From IMG/VR virus record IMGVR_UViG_3300029821_000151, positions 1 through 38,415 of that record: a stretch of DNA of 38,415 nucleotides. One strand, 5' to 3'. This DNA comes from a virus (taxonomy: Duplodnaviria; Caudoviricetes). Shown here piece after piece: positions 35,514 to 38,415 of this stretch. The position numbers were made by a program, and so were the translations under genes. Each line of letters starts with the position of its first letter. The stretch's first letter is position 1. Below the pieces are notes generated by a model. It saw only the letters and a list, made by a program, of their open reading frames with translations, ran no database searches and was not told the origin of the DNA.

Positions 35514-35849
35514 ATGGCAATCATTAAAGACATGCAATCTAAGTTTGGTGTCGCTTTATCCTATCATCGTATTACCGCATTTAACATCAACTATGTATCA
35601 AAAAAGGCAGTTGTTTGTATCGCTTCCTATCTATCCAAAGAAGCACGTGCCAATCGTCATGCACCTCTAGAAGAAATTGACATCGAAGTTCCGGAGTCTG
35701 ATTTCAGTTTATTCGCTGAATCAAATCCAATTGCTCAAGGTTACTTGTGGCTAAAAGAAAATGTAGTAGGATTCGATGACTCACTCGATGATTTTGATGT
35801 GGTAGAAGGGACTGCTCATGCTCCAAGTGAAACCGAGAATCCGCAGTAA
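35514..35849 (+). CDS. Small phage protein downstream of the tail fibres
   Basis: MAIIKD...YHRI...SYLSKEAR...GYLWLK; coupled to neighbours; possibly a fibre assembly factor. Confidence 0.6.
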   Translation: MAIIKDMQSKFGVALSYHRITAFNINYVSKKAVVCIASYLSKEARANRHAPLEEIDIEVPESDFSLFAESNPIAQGYLWLKENVVGFDDSLDDFDVVEGTAHAPSETENPQ

Positions 35850-36486
35850 AGAGAGTATTCTAGAAATTGTTCAAGGCTTGTTTCCAAACACCATAGTGAT
35901 GTTTATTTATTACTGTGGATCATTAGCCTTTGGAATAAGTGATGAAAATAGCGATGATGATGTGACGGTAGTACTTGATGGATTTAAAGGTAACGTTCAT
36001 TTGAGTTTGGGAACGTTAGATGTTTTTGCTTATGGCAGAGACGTCTATCTAAAGAAGCAAAATCTAGATCCATCTGTTCCACTTTATGATCGTGCGTATA
36101 TTGATGAGGTTTTATCAACTAAAGATAATCTTATCTATTTAGATGAAAACTACAAAGAAGAATACGAAGCCTATAAGAACATTGACTTAACAAGTAAGTT
36201 AGGTCTTTTTTTGTCAAGCTTTGTTGAACACTACAAAATACGGATTGATTATCCGGACCCTCAAAAGTCACACTATCATATTCTTAGGGTAAGAGGCATA
36301 TTGGATCATGTGGATCAAGTCGGTAAATATGAACATATTATCTCTGAGCCTTGGTACACGATGATGATTGAATATAAGAAAAACTGGAATAACAACAAAG
36401 GCAAAGAATATATGCCACTATTAAGGGAAGCACTGAATTACATCGAAAACTACAGAGATAGGGTGATTAGCAATGAACTGGGATAA
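35818..36486 (+). CDS. Pol-beta superfamily nucleotidyltransferase-like protein
   Basis: FIYYCGSLAFGISDENSDDDVTVV (GS...SDxD), LDVFAY (third acidic residue), helical C-terminus KSHYHILR. Confidence 0.75.
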   Translation: MLQVKPRIRSKESILEIVQGLFPNTIVMFIYYCGSLAFGISDENSDDDVTVVLDGFKGNVHLSLGTLDVFAYGRDVYLKKQNLDPSVPLYDRAYIDEVLSTKDNLIYLDENYKEEYEAYKNIDLTSKLGLFLSSFVEHYKIRIDYPDPQKSHYHILRVRGILDHVDQVGKYEHIISEPWYTMMIEYKKNWNNNKGKEYMPLLREALNYIENYRDRVISNELG

Positions 36487-36799
36487 CTTACTCAGTCTAT
36501 TTAGAATGGAAAATCTGGTTTATTGGATTGTAACCATGGTGGTTGTTATCATGACGACGATCAAGCAATTCAATCGCCAGGAACAAAAGAATAAAACGAA
36601 TAACGACGAGATTCTGACTAATCTGCAGACGATTGAGAAGCAAAATATCAAGATGTTAAATCTATTAGAGATGCATGCACAAGATATCAAATCGTTAAAA
36701 AAGGATGTCAATGTCTTAGAACATCGGGTATCCAGATTAGAAGATTCGCAAGTCAATATCTATAAACGCCTAGGAGGAAAAGAAAATGACAACACTTGA
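36473..36799 (+). CDS. Holin-like protein (N-terminal TM plus coiled coil)
   Basis: Single hydrophobic helix then heptad coiled coil (HRVSRLED), in lysis-module position. Confidence 0.55.
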   Translation: MNWDNLLSLFRMENLVYWIVTMVVVIMTTIKQFNRQEQKNKTNNDEILTNLQTIEKQNIKMLNLLEMHAQDIKSLKKDVNVLEHRVSRLEDSQVNIYKRLGGKENDNT

Positions 36800-37271
36800 A
36801 ATCGTATTACTGATAGCCTCACTCTTGTTACTAGCTCTCTATGTGACATCCAAGATGGGAAAGGATCAATCACTCAGTGAAGTAATCAAAGAGGTAAAAC
36901 AAGACCTCAAAAACACAGCAGAGAATGTTTCTGAACTCGTTTCCAAAGCAAAAGAAGTAGTCTTTGATGAAAGTATACAAAAGACCATCAAAGAATTCAT
37001 TATGATTGTGGAAGAAAAGAATAGGCTCGCTAAAGATAAAGGTGAAGCATATCTGATTGGAGATGATAAAAAACTCGCTGTCGTATCACGATTAAGCGAA
37101 TGGGTGAGTAATCTTACCGGTTCAACTGAGAAGGCAGTAGAGTTTGTTGAGACCAATCAATCCAAGATAGAAGCGATCATTGATGACTATATTTCCTTCA
37201 GCAATAAGATGCAGGGAAGGGCGACTTTATCTGCAGCTGAGAAAATTATTCAAGAACAACTTAAAAAATAG
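36786..37271 (+). CDS. Holin-like membrane-anchored protein
   Basis: RBS AGGAGG; N-terminal TM; GDDKKLAVV...IEAIID motif reminiscent of LL-H-type holins; last gene before the terminator. Confidence 0.55.
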   Translation: MTTLEIVLLIASLLLLALYVTSKMGKDQSLSEVIKEVKQDLKNTAENVSELVSKAKEVVFDESIQKTIKEFIMIVEEKNRLAKDKGEAYLIGDDKKLAVVSRLSEWVSNLTGSTEKAVEFVETNQSKIEAIIDDYISFSNKMQGRATLSAAEKIIQEQLKK

Positions 37272-37273
37272 AG

Positions 37274-37312
37274 AAAACCACATCCCTTATAGTATTGGGG
37301 TGTGGTTTTTTT
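37274..37312 (+). terminator. Intrinsic terminator ending the late operon
   Basis: AAAACCACATCCC-loop-GGGGTGTGGTTTT followed by a T-run. Confidence 0.8.
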
Positions 37313-37494
37313 GCTATTCAATGATATGACTCCATATTCATATAAACTTAATATTAGCATCTTTTGAAGTTTTCAATTTGAATCCTTATCTTTTAACTTG
37401 AAAAAGACGTTGACATGAAATATATAAAAATGAGTACTCAATATTCATAATATATTCATATATTTTTTTTAAGATGATAATAGAGGTATAAAAC

Positions 37495-38415
37495 ATGGAA
37501 AAAATGAGAAAATTTAGAAAAAAACTGGTGATACTTTTATTAATACTATCCTTTTCAATTTTTATGTATGGATTAAACCAAAACAACAATGTCAATAAAT
37601 TACTGGATGAATTTATTAATCGTAGTCTTGAAGAACAAACTGTGACAGTACAGTTTGAAAGTGGTATTGAAGAAATTCGCATGTACCATCCAGTTGAAAG
37701 AACTAAAGATTATGAATTATTTGATCCAAGGAGTGTCTTTTATACAACGCAAGACGAACCTTATCTTGGACAAAAAGGAGATATTTTTGTAACTCAAGAA
37801 TCTCCATTTCCTAATATCTTTGGTGTTCATCAAGCGATGTCTTTTTTTGTGGGAGGACACGCAGCACTAAATAATGGAAGCAATCAATTTATAGAAGCCG
37901 TTGGATTTCCACAAAGTGACGAGCGTATTATAGATATTATTAGAGATCCATCTGATGGTACGCATGACTTTTCTGTTGGCGTGAGGCAGTCATCAACTAA
38001 TTATTGGATGTTACCAAACTTTAGAACTAAAACTGATGTTTCATATTCATCCTATGGATCCTACTATAGAGAGAACTTTATAATTCTAAGGGTGAAAAAT
38101 GTTAATGAGGTCACTTTAGATCAGACCATGGATTATGCGAATAAACATTTATTAAATCGTTCTCTTTATAATTTTTTATTTATTGCTGACACGCATAATA
38201 AATTTTATTGTACAGATTTTATCAGTCGCTCATATCGGTATGGAATCAATCCATCAACTAAAGACAAAAACTATCCGAAAACGCTCAATGATAACGGGTT
38301 TGTTACAACAGTCAACGATTTGATTTTATCAAAAAACACATATATAGCAGCTTATATTGAAAATAGAGACGGTATTAGGCATATATATTATTTAGAAAAC
38401 ATAGTATTGACATAG
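37495..38415 (+). CDS. YiiX/YebB-like permuted papain-like (NlpC/P60) hydrolase, membrane-anchored or secreted
   Basis: N-terminal basic plus hydrophobic segment; KGDIFVT, GHAAL (His), IEAVG, YNF...FYCTDFISRSY (Cys after His, permuted order). Confidence 0.8.
   Translation: MEKMRKFRKKLVILLLILSFSIFMYGLNQNNNVNKLLDEFINRSLEEQTVTVQFESGIEEIRMYHPVERTKDYELFDPRSVFYTTQDEPYLGQKGDIFVTQESPFPNIFGVHQAMSFFVGGHAALNNGSNQFIEAVGFPQSDERIIDIIRDPSDGTHDFSVGVRQSSTNYWMLPNFRTKTDVSYSSYGSYYRENFIILRVKNVNEVTLDQTMDYANKHLLNRSLYNFLFIADTHNKFYCTDFISRSYRYGINPSTKDKNYPKTLNDNGFVTTVNDLILSKNTYIAAYIENRDGIRHIYYLENIVLT

Larger units (their letters stand above)
1..37312 (+). mobile_element. Defective temperate prophage (siphophage-like) carrying defence/toxin cargo; left boundary may lie outside the window
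   Basis: Phage-type order: regulator, recombinase, antirepressor, Xis, replication, methylase, HNH, terminase remnants, tail tip, holins, terminator. No capsid, portal, intact TerL, tail tube or tape measure. No att sites identified. Confidence 0.85.

Noticed and set aside
37313-37494. attR site
   Set aside because: No matching direct repeat found elsewhere in the window; the partner site may lie outside it.
8-37682. Short antisense and alternate-frame ORFs in the ORF track (e.g. 171-380, 8795-9124, 13563-13922, 29883-30317, 34146-34520)
   Set aside because: They overlap well-supported genes, lack RBS or motifs, and look like shadow ORFs.
37495-38415. Permuted NlpC/P60 gene as the missing endolysin
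   Set aside because: It lies beyond the late terminator with its own upstream region, has a membrane anchor, and belongs to the YiiX-like permuted group; more likely a host gene or moron.

Overview
AT-rich window that reads as a defective temperate siphophage-type prophage loaded with defence and competition cargo. The host is probably a low-GC Bacillota/Mollicutes lineage: TGA is used as stop and no endolysin is visible, which suggests an Acholeplasmatales/Izemoplasmatales-like host (inference only). Gene order: early module (XRE regulator, Xer-like tyrosine recombinase, BRO antirepressor, Xis-like HTH, DUF4373-like replication initiator with internal iterons, RinA/ArpU-like regulator); an inserted type I R-M operon (half-size S, hsdM, hsdS, hsdR, M48-like peptidase, two unknown genes); a stand-alone PD-(D/E)XK/DUF5655-like gene; then a packaging-proximal module (HTH/TerS-like, ParB-methylase, 3-gene cassette, metK, HNH, cos-like region, broken terS and a terL stub). 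The whole head and tail-tube module is missing. In its place is ~12.7 kb of cargo: a Lamassu/ABC-three-component system whose effector has a degenerate HNH, and an operon of membrane protein, pseudo-Fic/nucleotidyltransferase fusion, giant Rhs toxin and immunity gene. The phage backbone resumes mid-gene in the distal tail gene, followed by tail-tip/fibre genes, a second nucleotidyltransferase, two holin-like genes and a terminator, then a permuted NlpC/P60 gene. The most striking non-coding signal is a ~110-bp element (palindromic head plus seven helically phased units) present twice in direct orientation, 9582 bp apart. All family assignments come from motif recognition by eye; no database searches were run.
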